A stretch of 64,000 nucleotides of DNA from Felis catus (GCF_018350175.1 NC_058368.1:89096001-89160000), one strand, 5' to 3'. Shown: positions 12,813 through 26,072, numbered from the stretch's first letter. Notes: generated by a model from the letters alone, not told the origin. Numbers and translations are program-made.

Positions 12813-13325
12813 TTGAACACAAAGTATCTGCTGCTTAGGGTGCATCAGCCAATAGACCAGCCCAAGTTTGGGGCAGAAACTTTTTCATTACTTGCAGTAA
12901 GTAAGGAGACAGGGAGATAGTTCTCAAAACACTGAAGCTTTTATCCAATGTGTGAGAGTGCAGGGGCAGAGTGTTTGATACATTAGGAAATTAATAAGTA
13001 TTTTGTTGCTTAGCCACTTTGGTTCAACTGTGCATGCTAGCATGTCAACATGCTAGTGCATATATTGTATGTTCAAAAAATAGCAGAAAATCCTACCCAT
13101 AGGAGGAGACCTTAGTATTGTAATGAGTTAAAGGGGCCTTCTATGCAGCTTCTCAGCTCCAATCTGGCTGAAACTAGCTCCAAAAATGGATGGGTTGGAA
13201 AAACTGGCCAACCTTGGTAGCAGCTATTTGTTCTGCAAAACAGAGATATTCTTTACCTGTTTCTGTATCTTCCCCCTCCTCCCCTCTGCAGATAGCTTAC
13301 AGCCCTCTGATCTGAGTAACCCCCC
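12813..13325 (-). mobile_element. Probable ERV1-class solo LTR
   Basis: LTR-like motifs (ttattacttgcagtaagtaaggag-like, ttctcaaaacactg, aaaatcctacccataggaggagacc). Boundaries approximate. Confidence 0.5.
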
Positions 13326-13532
13326 ATTGTATCCTAGCTAACAGGATGTCATTGCCCTGCTAATAAATGGATGGATGTAGGCAAAGTAAAAACAAACAAA
13401 CAAACAAAAGAAACCAACAAAAAAACGACTAACCAAACAGAGAAACCCTGAATCTTGTCAACCCACTAGTCCCAGTTACGATTTTCAAGAAATATAGAAA
13501 CAGAGAAGCATGTTAAAAGAGATTCAGCCAGT

Positions 13533-13646
13533 CTGTGCTATCAGCACGGAACCCTCTTTGGATCCTCTGTCTCCCTCTTTTCTGAATCTCCCCTGCTCAC
13601 ACTCACTCTCTCTCAAAAATAAATAATAAAACGTTAAAAAACAGAC
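13533..13646 (+). mobile_element. 5'-truncated Can-SINE
   Basis: SINE 3' half with A-tail; TSD agagattcagccagt on both sides. Confidence 0.85.
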
Positions 13647-13889
13647 AGAGATTCAGCCAGTAACATACAGACTAGGAGACTAACAGAAAAATGTCATTTT
13701 CTTTCACAAAAAATTGCAAGGAAAAAATAAAAGGAGAGAGAATGAACAGATTAAAAGATACTCCAGAGATATATCAACTAATTATAATATTTGGAATTTA
13801 TTTGCCTGCTGATTAAACACATAGATCAAATATATCTATATGTTGTCTGTGTAATACAGTTGGGGGAAATGAAAATAATAACTGGATTT

Positions 13890-16800
13890 GTATTTATTTA
13901 TTTATTTATTTATTTACTTATCTATCTTTATTTATTTATTTTTCAATATATGAAATTTATGCTAATAGGTTTCCATACAACACCCAGTGCTCATCCCAAA
14001 ACTTGCCCTCCTCAATACCCATCACCCACTCTCCCCTCCCTCCCACCCCCCATCAACCCTCAGTTTGTTCTCAGTTTATAAGAGTGTCTTCTGCTTTGGC
14101 TCTCTCCCACTCTAACCTCTTTTTTTTTTTTCCCCTTCCCCTCCCCCATGGGTTTCTGTTAAGTTTCTCAGGATCCACATAAGAGTGGAAACATATGGTA
14201 TCGGTCTTTCTCTGTACGGCTTATTTCACTTAGTATCACACTCTCCAGTTCCATCCACGTTGCTACAAAGGGCCATATTTCATTCTTTCTCATTGTCACG
14301 TAGTACTCCATTGTGTATATAAACCACAATTTCTTTATCCATTCATCAGTTGATGGACATTTAGGCTCTTTCCATAATTTGGCTATTGTTGAGAGTGCTG
14401 CTATAAACATTGTGGAACAAGTGTCCCTATGCATCAGTACTCCTGTATCCCTTGGGTAAATTCCTAGCAATGCTATTGCTGGGTCATAGGGTAGGTCTAT
14501 TTTTAATTTTCTGAGGAACCTCCACACTGCTTTCCAGAGCGGCTGCACCAATTTGCATTCCCAGCAACAGTGCAAGAGGGTTCCCGTTTCTCCACATCCT
14601 CTCCAGCATCTATAGTCTCCTGATTTGTTCATTTTGGCCACTCTGGCGTGAGGTGGTATCTGAGTGTGGTTTTGATTTGTATTTCCCTGATGAGGAGCGA
14701 CATTGAGCATCTTTTCATGTGCCTGTTGTTGGCCAGCTGGATATCTTCTTTGGAAAAGTGTCTATTCATGTTAACTTCCCATTTCTTCACTGGATTATTT
14801 GTTTTTCCTGTGTGGAGTTTCGTGAGTTCTTTATAGATTTTGGATACTAGCCCTTTGTCCGATATGTCATTTGCAAATATCTTTCCCATTCCATTGGTTG
14901 CCTTTTAGTTTTGTCGGTTGTTTCCTTTGCTGTGCAGAAGCTTTTTATCTTCATAAGGTCCCAGTAATTCACTTTTGCTTTTAATTCCCTTGCCTTTGGG
15001 GATGTGTCGAGTAAGAGATTGCTACGGCTGAGGTCAGAGAGGTCTTTTCATGCTTTCTCCTCTAGAGTTTTGATGGTTTCCTGTCTCACATTCAGGTCCT
15101 TTATCCATTTTGAGTTTATTTTTGTGAATGGTGTGAGAAAGTGGTCTAGTTTGAACCTTCTGCATGTTGCTGTCCAGTTCTCCCAGCACCATTTGTTAAA
15201 GAGGTTGTCTTTTTTCCATTGGATGTTCTTTCCTGCTTTGTCAAAGATGAGTTGGCCATACGTTTGTGGGTCTAGTTCTGGGGTTTCTATTCTATTCCAT
15301 TGGTCGATGTGTCTGTTTTTGAGCCAATACCATTCTCTCTTGATGATTACAGCTTTGTAGTAGAGGCTAAAGTATGGGATTGTGATGCCTCCTGCTTTGG
15401 TCTTCTTCTTCAAAATTACTTTGGCTATTCGGGGCCTTTTGTGGTTCCATATGAATTTTAGGATTGCTTGTTCTAGTTTCGAGAAGAATGCTGGTGCAAT
15501 TTTGATTGGGATTGCATTGAATGTGTAGATAGCTTTGGGTAGTATTGACATTTTGACAATATTTATTCTTCCAATCCATGAGCACGGAATGTTTTTCCAT
15601 TTCTTTAAATCTTCTTCAATTACCTTCATAAGCTTTCTATAGTTTTCAGCATACAGATCCTTTACATCTTTGGTTAGATTTATTCCTAGGTATTTTATGC
15701 TTCTTGGTGCAATTGTGAATGGGATCAGTTTCTTTATTTGTCTTTCTGTTGCTTCATTGTTAGTGTATAAGAATGCAACTGATTTCTGTATATTGATTTT
15801 GTATCCTGCAACTTTGCTGAATTCATGTATCAGTTCTAGCAGACTTTTGGTGGAGTCTATTGGATTTTCCATGTATAGTATCATGTCACCTGCAAAAAGT
15901 GAAAGCTTGACTTTATCTTTGCCAATTTTGATGCCTTTGATTTCCTTTTGTTGTCTGATTGCTGATGCTAGAACTTCCAACACTATGTTAAACAACAGTG
16001 GTGAGAGTGGGCATCCCTGTCATGTTCCTGATCTCGGGGAAAAAGCTCTCAGTTTTTCTCCATTGAGGATGATGTTAGCTGTGGGCTTTTCATAAATGGC
16101 TTTTATGATGTTTAAGTATGTTCCTTCTGTCCCGACTTTCTCAAGGGTTTTTATTAAGAAAGGGTGCTGGATTTTGTCAAAGGCCTTCTCTGCATCGATT
16201 GACAGGACCATATGGTTATCTTTTCTTTTATTAATGTGATGTATCATGTTGATTGATTTGTGAATGTTGAACCAGCCCTGCATCCCAGGAATGAATCCCA
16301 CTTGATCATGGTGAGTAATTCTTTTTATATGCTGTTGAGTTCGATTTGCTAGTATCTTATTGAGAATTTTTGCATCCATATTCATCAGGGATATTGGCCT
16401 GTAGTTCTGTTTTTTTAGTGGGTCTCTGTCTGGTTTAGGAATCAAAGTAATACTGGCTTCATAGAATGAGTCTGGAAGTTTTCCTTCCCTTTCTATTTCT
16501 TGGAATAGCTTGAGAAGGATAGGTATTATCTCTGCTTTAAACGTCTGGTAGAACTCCCCTGGGAAGCCATCTGGTCCTGGACTCCTATTTTTTGGGAGAT
16601 TTTTGATGACTGATTCAATTTCTTCTCTGGTTATGGGTCTGTTTAAGCTTTCTATTTCATCCTGATTGAGTTTTGGAAGAGTGTGGGTGTTTAGGAATTT
16701 GTCCATTTCTTCCAGGTTGTCCAATTTGTTGCCATATAATTTTCCATAGTATTCTCTGATAATTGTTTGTATCTCTGAGGGATTGGTTGTAATAATTCCA

Positions 16801-19800
16801 TTTTCATTCATGATTTTATCTATTTGGGTCATCTCCCTTTTCTTTGTGAGAAGCCTAGCTAGAGGTTGTCAATTTTGTTTATTTTTTCAAAAAACCAGCT
16901 CTTGGTTTCGTTGATCTGCTCTACAGTTTTTTTAGATTCTATATTGTTTATTTCTGCTCTGATCTTTATTATTTCTCTTCTTCTGCTGGGTTTAGGCTGC
17001 CTTTGCTGTTCTGCTTCTATTTCCTTTAGGTGTGCTGTTAGATTTTGTATTTGGGATTTTCATGTTTCTAGAGATAGGCCTGGATTGCAATGTATTTTCC
17101 TCTCAGGACTGCCTTAGCTGCATCCCAAAGTGTTTGGATTGTTGTATTTTCATTTTCATTTGTTTCCATATATTTTTTAATTTCTTCTCTAATTGTCTGG
17201 TTGAGCCACTCATTCTTTAGTAGGGTGTTCTTTAACCTCCATGCTTTTGGAGGTTTTCCAGACTTTTTCCTGTGGTTGATTTCAAGCTTCATAGCATTGT
17301 GGTCTGAAAGTATGCATGGTATAATTTCAATTCTTGTGAACTTATGAAGGGCTGTTTTGTGACCCAGTATGTGATCTATCTTGGAGAATGTTCCATGTGC
17401 ACTCGAGAAGAAAGTATATTCTATTGCTTTGGGATTCAGAGTTCTAAATATATCTGTCAAGTCCATCTGATCCAATGTGTCATTCAGGGCCCTTGTTTCT
17501 TTATTGACCGTGTGTCTAGAAGATCTATCCATTGTTGTAAGTGGAGTGTTAAAGTTCCCTGCAATTACCACATTCTTATCAATAAGGTTTCTTATGTTTG
17601 TGAGTAATTGTTTTATATATTTGGGGGCCTCTGTATTCGGGGCATAGACATTTATAATTGTTAGCTCTTCCTGATGTATAGACCCTGTAATTATTATATA
17701 ATGCCATTCTTCATCTCTTGTTACAGCTTTTAATTTAAGTCTAGTATAAGTATGGCTAGCTACCCCAGCTTTCTTGTGACTTCCAGTAGCATGATAGATA
17801 GTTCTCCATCCCCTCACTCTCAATCTGAAGGTGTCCTCAGGTCTAAAATGAGTCTCTTGTAGACAGCAAATAGAGGAGTCTTGTTTTTTTTTTTATCCAT
17901 TCTGATACCCTATGTCTTTTGGTTGGCGCATTTAGTCCATTTACATTCAGTGTTATTATAGAAAGATATGGGTTTAGAGTCATTGTGATGTCTGTATGTT
18001 TTATGCTTGTAGCGATGTCTCTGGTACTTTGTCTCACAGGATCCCACTTCAGATCTCTTGTAGGGCTGGTTTAGTGGTGACAAATTCCTTCAGTTTTTGT
18101 TTGTTTGGGAAGACCTTTATCTCTCCTTCTATTCTAAATGACAGACTTGCTGGGTAAAGGATTCTCGGCTGCATATTTTTTTCTGTTCATCACATTGAAG
18201 ATATCCTGCCAATCCATTCTGGCCTGCCAAGTTTCAGAAGAGAGATCAGTCATGAGTCTTATAGGTCTCCCTTTATATGTTAGGGCACGTTTATCCCTTG
18301 CTGCTTTCATAATTTTCTTTTTATCCTTGTATTTTGTCAGTTTCACTATGATATGTCGTGCAGAAGATCGATTCAAGTTACCTCTGAAGGGCGTTCTCTG
18401 TGCCTCTTGGATTTCAATGCCTTTTTCCTTCCCCAGTGCAGGGAAGTTCTCAGCTATTATTTCTTCAAGTACCCCTTCAGCACCTTTCCTCTCTCTTCCT
18501 CCTCTGGAATACCAATTATGTGTATATTATTTCTTTTTAGTGCATCACTTAGTTCTCTAATTTTCCCCGCATACTCCTAGATTTTTTTATCTCTCTTTTT
18601 CTCAGCTTCCTCTTTTTCCATAATTTTATCTTCTAGTTCACCTATTCTCTCCTCTGCCTCTTCAATCTGAGCTGTGGTCGTTTCCATTTTATTTTGCATC
18701 TAGTTTAAAGCGTTTTTCAGCTCCTCCTGACTATTCCTTAGTCCCTTGATCTCTGTAGCAATAGATTCTCTGCTGTCCTCTATACTGTTTTCAAGCCCAG
18801 CGATTAATTTTATGACTATTATTCTAAATTCACTTTCTGTTATATTATTTAAATCCTTTTTGATCAGTTTGTCAGCTGTTGTCATTTTCTGGAGATTTTT
18901 TTGAGGGGAATTCTTCCGTTTGGTCATTTTGGATAGTCCCTGGAGTGGTGCAGACTTGCAGGGCACTTCCCCTGTGCTGTGGTGTATAACTGGAGTTGGT
19001 GGGCAGGGCTGCAGTCACACCTGATGTCTGCCTCCTGCCCACCGCTGGGGCCACAGTCAGACTGGTGTGTACCTTCTCTTCCCCTCTCCTAGGGGCAGGA
19101 TTCACTGTGGGGTGGCGTGGCCTGTCTGGGCTACCTGCACACTGCCAGGCTTGTGGTGCTGGGGATCTGGCATAAGCTGGGGTGGATAGGCAAGGTGCAC
19201 GGGGGCAGGAGGGGCAGGCTTAGCTTGCTTCTCCTTCGATGATCCACTTCAGGTGGGGCCCTGTGGCAGCGGGAGGGAGTCAGACCTGCTGCCAGAGGGT
19301 GGCTCCACAGAAGCACAGCGTTGGGTGTTTGCGCAGAGCAAGCAAGTTCCCTGGCAGGAACTGGCTCCCTTTGGGATTTTGGCTGAGGGATGGGCGAGAG
19401 AGATGGTGCTGGCGCGGGCCTTTGTTCCCCGCCAAACTGAGCCCTGTTGTCCCAGGGCTCAGCAACTCTCCCTTCCGTTGTCCTCCAGCCCTCCCATTCT
19501 CTGAGCAGAGCTGTTAGCTTATAACCTTCCAGATGTCAAGTCCCTCTTGTTGTAGGAACACACTCCGTCCGGCCCCTCTGCTTTTGCAAGCCAGACTCGG
19601 GGGCTCTGCTTGGCTGGCGGGCTGCCCCTCCGACCTGGCTCCCTCCCGCCAGCCCGTGGAGCGCGTACCGCCTTTCTGCCCTTCTTACTCTCTTCCGTGG
19701 GCCTCTCGTCTGCACTTGGCTCTGGAGACTCAGTTCTGCTAGTCTTCTGGTGGCTTTCTGGGTTATTCAGGCAGGTGTAGGTGGAATCTAAGTGACCAGC

Positions 19801-19850
19801 AGGACACGGTGAGCCCAGCGTCTTCCTACGCTGCCATCTTCCCTAGCCAC
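13890..19850 (-). mobile_element. Full-length (~6 kb) feline L1, inactivated
   Basis: 5' UTR begins GTGGCTAGGGAAGATGGCAGCGTAGG at 19850. ORF1 ATG at 18927 (MTKRKNSPQK) with a premature stop at ~18700. ORF2 ATG at 17983 (MTLNPYLSIITLNVNGLN); endonuclease, RT and C-terminal pieces are split over several ORFs by frameshifts and stops, ending at 14168. 3' UTR and A-rich tail at ~13890-13945. Confidence 0.97.
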
Positions 19851-19857
19851 CTGGACC

Positions 19858-20082
19858 TTTTTTTTAAATATATGAAATTTGTTGTCAAATTGGTTTCCAT
19901 ACAACACCCAGTGCTCATCCCAACAAGTGCCCTCCTCAATACCCATCACCCACCCTCTCCTCCCTCCCACCCCCCATCAGCCCTCAGTTTGTTCTCAGTT
20001 TTTAAGAGTCTCTTATGCTTTGGTTCTCTCCCACTCTAACCTCTTTTTTTTTCTTTCTTCCTTCCCCTCCCCCATGGGTTCC
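19858..20082 (-). mobile_element. Short 5'-truncated feline L1 3' end abutting the 5' end of the full-length L1
   Basis: L1 3' UTR plus T-run (poly(A) on minus). The flank taataactggat at 20083-20094 matches 13876-13887. Confidence 0.93.
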
Positions 20083-20120
20083 TAATAACTGGATATTTGA
20101 TTATACAAAGTCGGTATTAT

Positions 20121-20294
20121 AGGGACAACTGGGTGGCTAAATAGGTTAAGCGACTGACTCTTGGTTTTTAGCTCAGGTCATGATCTCACATTTCATAGGT
20201 TGGAGACCTGCATCTGGTTCTCTCTCTTCTCTCTCTACCCCTCCCCCACTTGCTTTATTTCTCAAAAAAAAAAACATAAGTAAGCTTAAAAAAA
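20121..20294 (+). mobile_element. Older Can-SINE
   Basis: gggacaactgggtggctaaataggttaagcgactgactc...gctcaggtcatgatctc, A-tail. Confidence 0.85.
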
Positions 20295-20383
20295 GTAAGT
20301 ATTATTAATTTTTCAAGAGATGATAACAGTTATGATTACTATCACATTATATCTCTAAAAGATGATACTCTAAAAGAGTATTA

Positions 20384-20985
20384 TGATAGGAAAAGATAGG
20401 CAGAAAGGGAGAGGCTAAGACTTGAAGGTCCCTGGTGGGGAAAAAAACATACTTTAAAACATTTCTTCTGGGAACATCTGACCTCGAGCAGACTCCCTCA
20501 GGCGTTAAGGTCCTCTTAACAATGTAACAGACACCACCTACTCCTCTTCAGGTTCCCCTCAAAAATTTGACAATCAAAATATTTAACGAAATAAGTAAAC
20601 CATAAAACTTATGTTACATGAGGGACAGTATGACTAGTGTGACTCCTCACACAATGGAATGGAGCCAATCAGGAATGGACAACCCAGCACCTAGAGCTAT
20701 CCAGCCAATAAGGTTAGACTTGAGAAGGAATGAGGAAGAAGGGATTTGGGGGGGAAGGGGCAGCGAGAACCTTAAAAACAAGGACCCTTGCCTATAGTTT
20801 CCGACATTCACTTTCAAATGTCCCCTCTCTGTAAAGAGAGCTTTCATACTATTCTTTCTTTCTGATCCCATCTTATACTCTAATAAACTTTTGCCTGCTG
20901 CTCATTTTATTCTGTGTCCATCTCTTCATTGTTGAGAGTGGAGAGACAATGAACTCCGGGTTTTGAAGTAAAGAATCCTGCAACA
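20384..20985 (+). mobile_element. Endogenous retrovirus solo LTR (602 bp)
   Basis: TG...CA termini (tgataggaaa ... cctgcaaca), AATAAA at 20882, CCAAT motifs, flanks gtatta/gtatca; inserted into an old L1M 3' end. Confidence 0.8.
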
Positions 20986-21245
20986 GTATCATCTTTTAGA
21001 GATATGCACTAAAATATTTATAAGTAAAATAATGTCTGAAATTTGCTTCAAATTACATGGAGGGTTGAGGGAAAATAGATGGAAATTTAGATGACAGGAG
21101 ATGCCCAGGAGTTGGTAATTTTTTGAAGCTAGTGATGGATAAATACATTGGGGTTCATTATACTTTACTTTGCATATGTTCTAACATTTCCAAATTGAAA
21201 GTTAAACAGAAGCTGAGGGAAGGTGTGGTTAGGGAAGGAACACAC

Positions 21246-21387
21246 ACTTGGACTGTGTCACATAAGCTGAGGGAGGCTGCATAGTTCAGGTCATTCCAAT
21301 CTGGCAATGATGAAGGAGAAGGCCTTTCTTAAGTGCAGGAGCTTCAGAGGGTGTGTTAAATGAGAAAGGCCTCAATCACATTTTGGA
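21246..21387 (+). repeat. Donor copy of a 142-bp direct duplication
   Basis: Identical to 24067-24208 except for 2 substitutions. Confidence 0.95.
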
Positions 21388-21520
21388 AAGAGGAGAAAGA
21401 AATGAAATGAAAGTATTTGGTGGGTTCACAGATGGACCCTGCAGCTTCATCCTCCAGGGTAGGCCTCTGGGCCTCTGCTTTCACAGCCCTTTTCAAGTTC
21501 ACAGCAAGGGGTACTCTTAC

Positions 21521-22530
21521 TGATGCAAAATGAACAAACCTTTTAGAATTTCTACAGAAAAAAGAGAGAAAGAAAGAAAGAGTTTTATTCCAGCCCAAGT
21601 GATGCCAGCTGCCGAAGATACATAATCTTTTTTTATGAATATAATTTATTGTCAAATTGGCCTACATACAACACCCAGTGCTCATCCCAACAAGTGCCCT
21701 CTGCAATGCCCATCACCCATTTTTCCTCTCCCCCCTCCCATCCACCCTTAGTTTGTTCTTTGTATTTAAGAGTCTCTTGTGGTTTGCCTCCCTCCTTCTC
21801 TGTTTGTAACTATTTTTTTCCCCTTCCCTTCTCCCATGGTCTTCTATTCAGTTTCTCAAGATCCACAAATGAGTGAAAACATATGATAACTGTCCTTCTC
21901 TGACTGACTGATTTCACTCAATATAATCTCTTCCAGTTTCATCCACTGCAAATGGCATGATTCTTTCTTCCAGTTGCTGCAAATGACATGATTTCATTCT
22001 TTCTCATTGCCAAGTAGTATTCCATTAAATATATAAACCACATCTACTTTATCCATTCATCAGTTGATGGACATTTAGGCTCTTTCCATAATTTGGCTAT
22101 TGTTGAAAGCACTGCTATAAACATTGGGGTACATATGCCCCCATGCATCAACACTCCTGTAGAGGATCCACAATCTTAACAAAGAAGAAAGTGCTCCAGA
22201 GAAGTAATGTTTAATACAGGGTTATGTATGTTTTTGTTACATCAAGAATTACAAATCATCATCATGAAGGACATTTTAGAAAAGTACAAACTTTATTTTA
22301 TGCTTTTAGTATATGCAAGTTGTACGCTTCTGAGGTATGGAACAGAACTTACAAAGATTTTTACTCTTATCTTTAGTTTGAAATGTTTCTTTTAGGTTAT
22401 TGGCTAATGAAGCAGATGGACAATGTGTGCTCAGGGAAGAAATAGAGCCCATGCTTTGAAGTTTGGTGAAGTCATTCTGATCTTGTTAAAAGTATAGCTT
22501 CCCTGGGAGCCCAGGAGCAGGGCCCACAAA
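21521..22530 (-). mobile_element. Probable ERV1-class LTR interrupted by an L1 fragment
   Basis: LTR-like motifs (gttttattcc, ttattggcta, atagcttccctggg) on both sides of the L1. Boundaries approximate. Confidence 0.45.
21628..22161 (-). mobile_element. 5'-truncated L1 3' end
   Basis: Reverse-complement L1 3' UTR and ORF2 end; degraded TSD gaagatacataatctt / gaggatccacaatctt. Confidence 0.9.
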
Positions 22531-22759
22531 CATTAAAATTTGAAAATTTCCTTTATCACTCTCAGGGTTTCAGCTGGCAGATGGTGCCACATCTATGCAA
22601 GAGCGAAAACACCAAGAGGTGATGAATGGCTTGAGGTGCCACAGGGGTTCTCAGAGCAGAGTCCCATGTCTCTGGTGCAGAGAGCTTAGAATAACTGATG
22701 CAGGCAGGACTGGTCTGAGGACACAGAGTGGGTCACACAGGACTAGCAAAGAGGGTCCT

Positions 22760-23300
22760 TGTTTTCGCTTAGGATATAAATCAAACTTAAGCCAGGAAGA
22801 AGTGAAAGCAGAGTTTACTGAATAGCATAAGTGATAGAGTATAGCTGGCGGAGTGTCTGGAAGACTCAAAAAGGAAAGGAGAATAAGTCTCTCTGTCACT
22901 TGGGGTTTATATTGTAAAGGAGTCCAGGGTACGTGTTCCTTCAGGAATCTAGAGTAGGTTCCAATCAAGGGCAAAGAGACAGGTGAACAACAGGTGTTAC
23001 TTTATAAATCAGCGAAGGTAGGGGGTGCTGATGGCGTTGTCAGCTGAGGTTTGCTGAAAGCTAATGTCCCGGAACATATTTGGGATCCAGTTCTTAGATG
23101 TTATCAGGTGCTTGGGGGCTAGGATGAAACTCAAAGAATGTTAGTTTTCTTGCTTTCCCCTTGGAGTAGGAACATAGCTTCTTTGGTTTATTCAGATGCA
23201 AGGTAAAATATAGAACACGAGTAAATAGAACCTCACATAGAAACAGCAAAGAGACAGCCTTTCTAAAAATGGAGTCCCTTCAGTTTTCCAACCTCCCAAC
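22760..23300 (-). mobile_element. Probable ERV1-class solo LTR
   Basis: tgttttcgc ... cccaaca termini, with an aaaatggagtc motif near the end. Confidence 0.55.
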
Positions 23301-23949
23301 AACCACATTCTTCAATCCAAACTGGTCTTCCTATTCCCAGAAGGGACATACAACCACAGGAGCATGGCCTTTACAGGTTTTGTACCCCTCTCAGATTCAC
23401 TGTGTCATTAGACTAGTCATGGCTCTGAGAATCCTGCAGTAATTATAATTTTATTTAACTCTTTTCCAATTTTTCCCCCATGGAAACCTCTTTTGCATGG
23501 GGCACTTATTAATATCTCTTTACCTTGGTGGGTTTCTTATCTAAAACCACCTCCTCAATCCCACTGTGCCACAACCCAGACTAGGACTCTGCTTTAGTTT
23601 CTCTTTAGCACATATCAACACCTGACATCACATCAGATGTTTGTCTATTTGCTTTCCCCAAGGCTTCAGTAAACAGCACTACTGTTGAACCAGTTGCTCA
23701 GGCTACAAACATGAACTCCTCTCTTTCTCTCTTACCCCAAATGCAATCCATCAAAACATCCTGTAAAAAGTGTGAGAATAAATTTGCAGCCAAGGTCAAG
23801 ACTCCTATTCCATTTCTGTGAAGTGCAGTGATATTAGTTTCTGAAACAGCTTGTTGCTGTATCCCGAGGCATTCTCAAGACCCTTAACATGATAGTGGAA
23901 TAAAAAGGTGGAGACATGGTGTTTACATGCATATGTATTTTTTAAAATT

Positions 23950-24420
23950 TGTATTAAAATATTTTTATTTTGAGACAATTGTGGATTCATATGTAGTTGT
24001 AAAACATAATGCAGCAATATCTCATATACACTTTATCTGTTTAACCCAATGGTAACATCTTGCAAAACTTGGACTGTGTCACATCAGCTGAGGGAGGCTG
24101 CATAGTTCAGGTCATTCCAATCTGGTAATGATGAAGGAGAAGGCCTTTCTTAAGTGCAGGAGCTTCAGAGGGTGTGTTAAATGAGAAAGGCCTCAATCAC
24201 ATTTTGGAGTGATTGTACTCAATCCAAGTACAATGTCACAACTGGGTTATTAACACTGATATAGGGAAAGCACAAAATAGTTCTATCATCACAAGGATTC
24301 CTCCTGTTGCCCTTTTTAAGCTACACACCTCCCCACCGACCCTCACGCCCCTCGCAAGTGGCAACCACTAAAATGTTCTCCATTACTGTAATATTGATAT
24401 TTCAAGAATGCCAAAATAAA
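23950..24420 (-). mobile_element. Old L1M 3' end
   Basis: ttttattttgagacaattgtggattcatatgtagttgtaa...ggcaaccactaaaatgttctcc. Confidence 0.75.
24067..24208 (+). repeat. Inserted copy of the 142-bp duplication, inside an old L1M 3' end
   Basis: 140/142 identical to 21246-21387; interrupts the L1M-like motif cccaatggtaacatcttgcaaaact...agtacaat. Confidence 0.95.
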
Positions 24421-24564
24421 TCTTATATAGAAGATAAGGTCTGTACCTGTTTTGAGAGATTTATTTCACAGTATTTCTCTCTTGTTGAGCAGTTGTAAGT
24501 GGTGTTGTATTTTAAATTTCATTGCCTATATGTTCATTGAAACATAGCCTAAGAAAGCTTGAGA

Positions 24565-24781
24565 GGGGTGCCTGGGTGGCTCAGTTGGTTAAGCCGCTGA
24601 CTTCAGCTCAGGTCATGATCTCGCGGTCCCTGAGTTCGAGCCCCGCGATGGGCTCTGTGCTGACAGCTCAGAGCCTGGAGCCCGCTTCGGATTCTGTGTC
24701 TCCCTCTCTCTGAACCTCCCCCGTTCATGCTCTGTCTCTCTCTGTCTCAAAAATAAATAAACGTTACAAAAAAAAAAAAAA
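24565..24781 (+). mobile_element. Can-SINE inside L1
   Basis: SINE head and tail; TSD aagaaagcttgaga. Confidence 0.96.
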
Positions 24782-26072
24782 AAGAAAGCTTGAGAAAGAA
24801 GAACAAAACGAGAGGTTATCACAATCCCAGATTTCAAGATATACTACAAAGCTATAGGAATCAAAACATTATGGCACTGGTATAAAATAGACTCATAGAT
24901 CAATAAAACAGAATTGAGATCCTAAAAGTAAACCCATGTCTATATGGCCAATTGTTCTACAATAAAGGAGACAAGAATGTACAACAGGGAAAAGACAGTC
25001 TTTTCAATAAATGGTGTTGGGAAAACTGGAGAGCAGCATACAAAAAGGATATAACCAGGCCACTTTTTTTTCTTTCTTTCTTTCTTTTTTTCTTTCTTTC
25101 TTTCTTTCTTTAAACTGGGTCACTTTCTTACATGATACACAAAAATAAACTCAAAAATGGATTAAAGACCTAAATATGAGAACTGAAACGACAAAACTCC
25201 TAAAAAAACATAGGCAGTAATTTCTTGGACATCAACCTTAGCAATACTTTTCTAGATATGTCTTTTCAGGCAAGGGAAACAAAGCAAAAACAGACTATTG
25301 GGACCACACCAAAATAAAAAGCTTTTTCACAGTGAAGGAAACCATCAGCAAAACAAAAAAGTAGCCTAGATAGTGGGAGAATATATTTGCAAATCATATA
25401 TCTGATAGGGGGTAATACCCAAAATACATAAAGAACTTGTACAACTTCACACCAAAAAAAAAAAAAAATCAAATAACCTGATTAAAAAATGGGGAGAGAC
25501 CTGAATAGACATTTTTTCAAAGAAGAAGTACACATTAAAAGATGCTCAGCATCACTCATCCTCAGGGAAATGCAAATCATAATCACAAAGAAATATTACC
25601 TTACACCAGTCGGAATGGCTAGTATCAAAAAGAGAAGAAATAACAAGGGTTGGTGAGGATGTGGAGAAAGGGGATCCCTCATGCATTATTGGTGGGAATG
25701 TAAATTTGTGCAGCCACTGTGGAAAACAGTATGGAAGTCCCCCCCAAAATTAAAAATAGAGCTACATATGATCTAGTAAGTCTACTACTGGGTATTTGCC
25801 CAAAGAAAATGAAAACATTAATTCAGAAAGATATATGCACCCCTATGTTCATTACAGCATTATTTACAATAGCTAAGATATGGAAGCAACCTCAATGTCC
25901 ATACATAGATGAATGGATAAAGAAGATGTCACACACACACACACACACACGAATACTATTCAGCCATAAAAAAGAATTCAATCTCGCCATTTGTGACAAC
26001 ATGGATAGATCTAGAAGTTATTATGCTAAATGCAGTATACAGTATTGTCCAGTTACTATGTTGTGCACCTGA

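Noticed and set aside
14168..18927. L1 ORF1/ORF2 as functional CDS
   Set aside because: Both are broken by stops and frameshifts.
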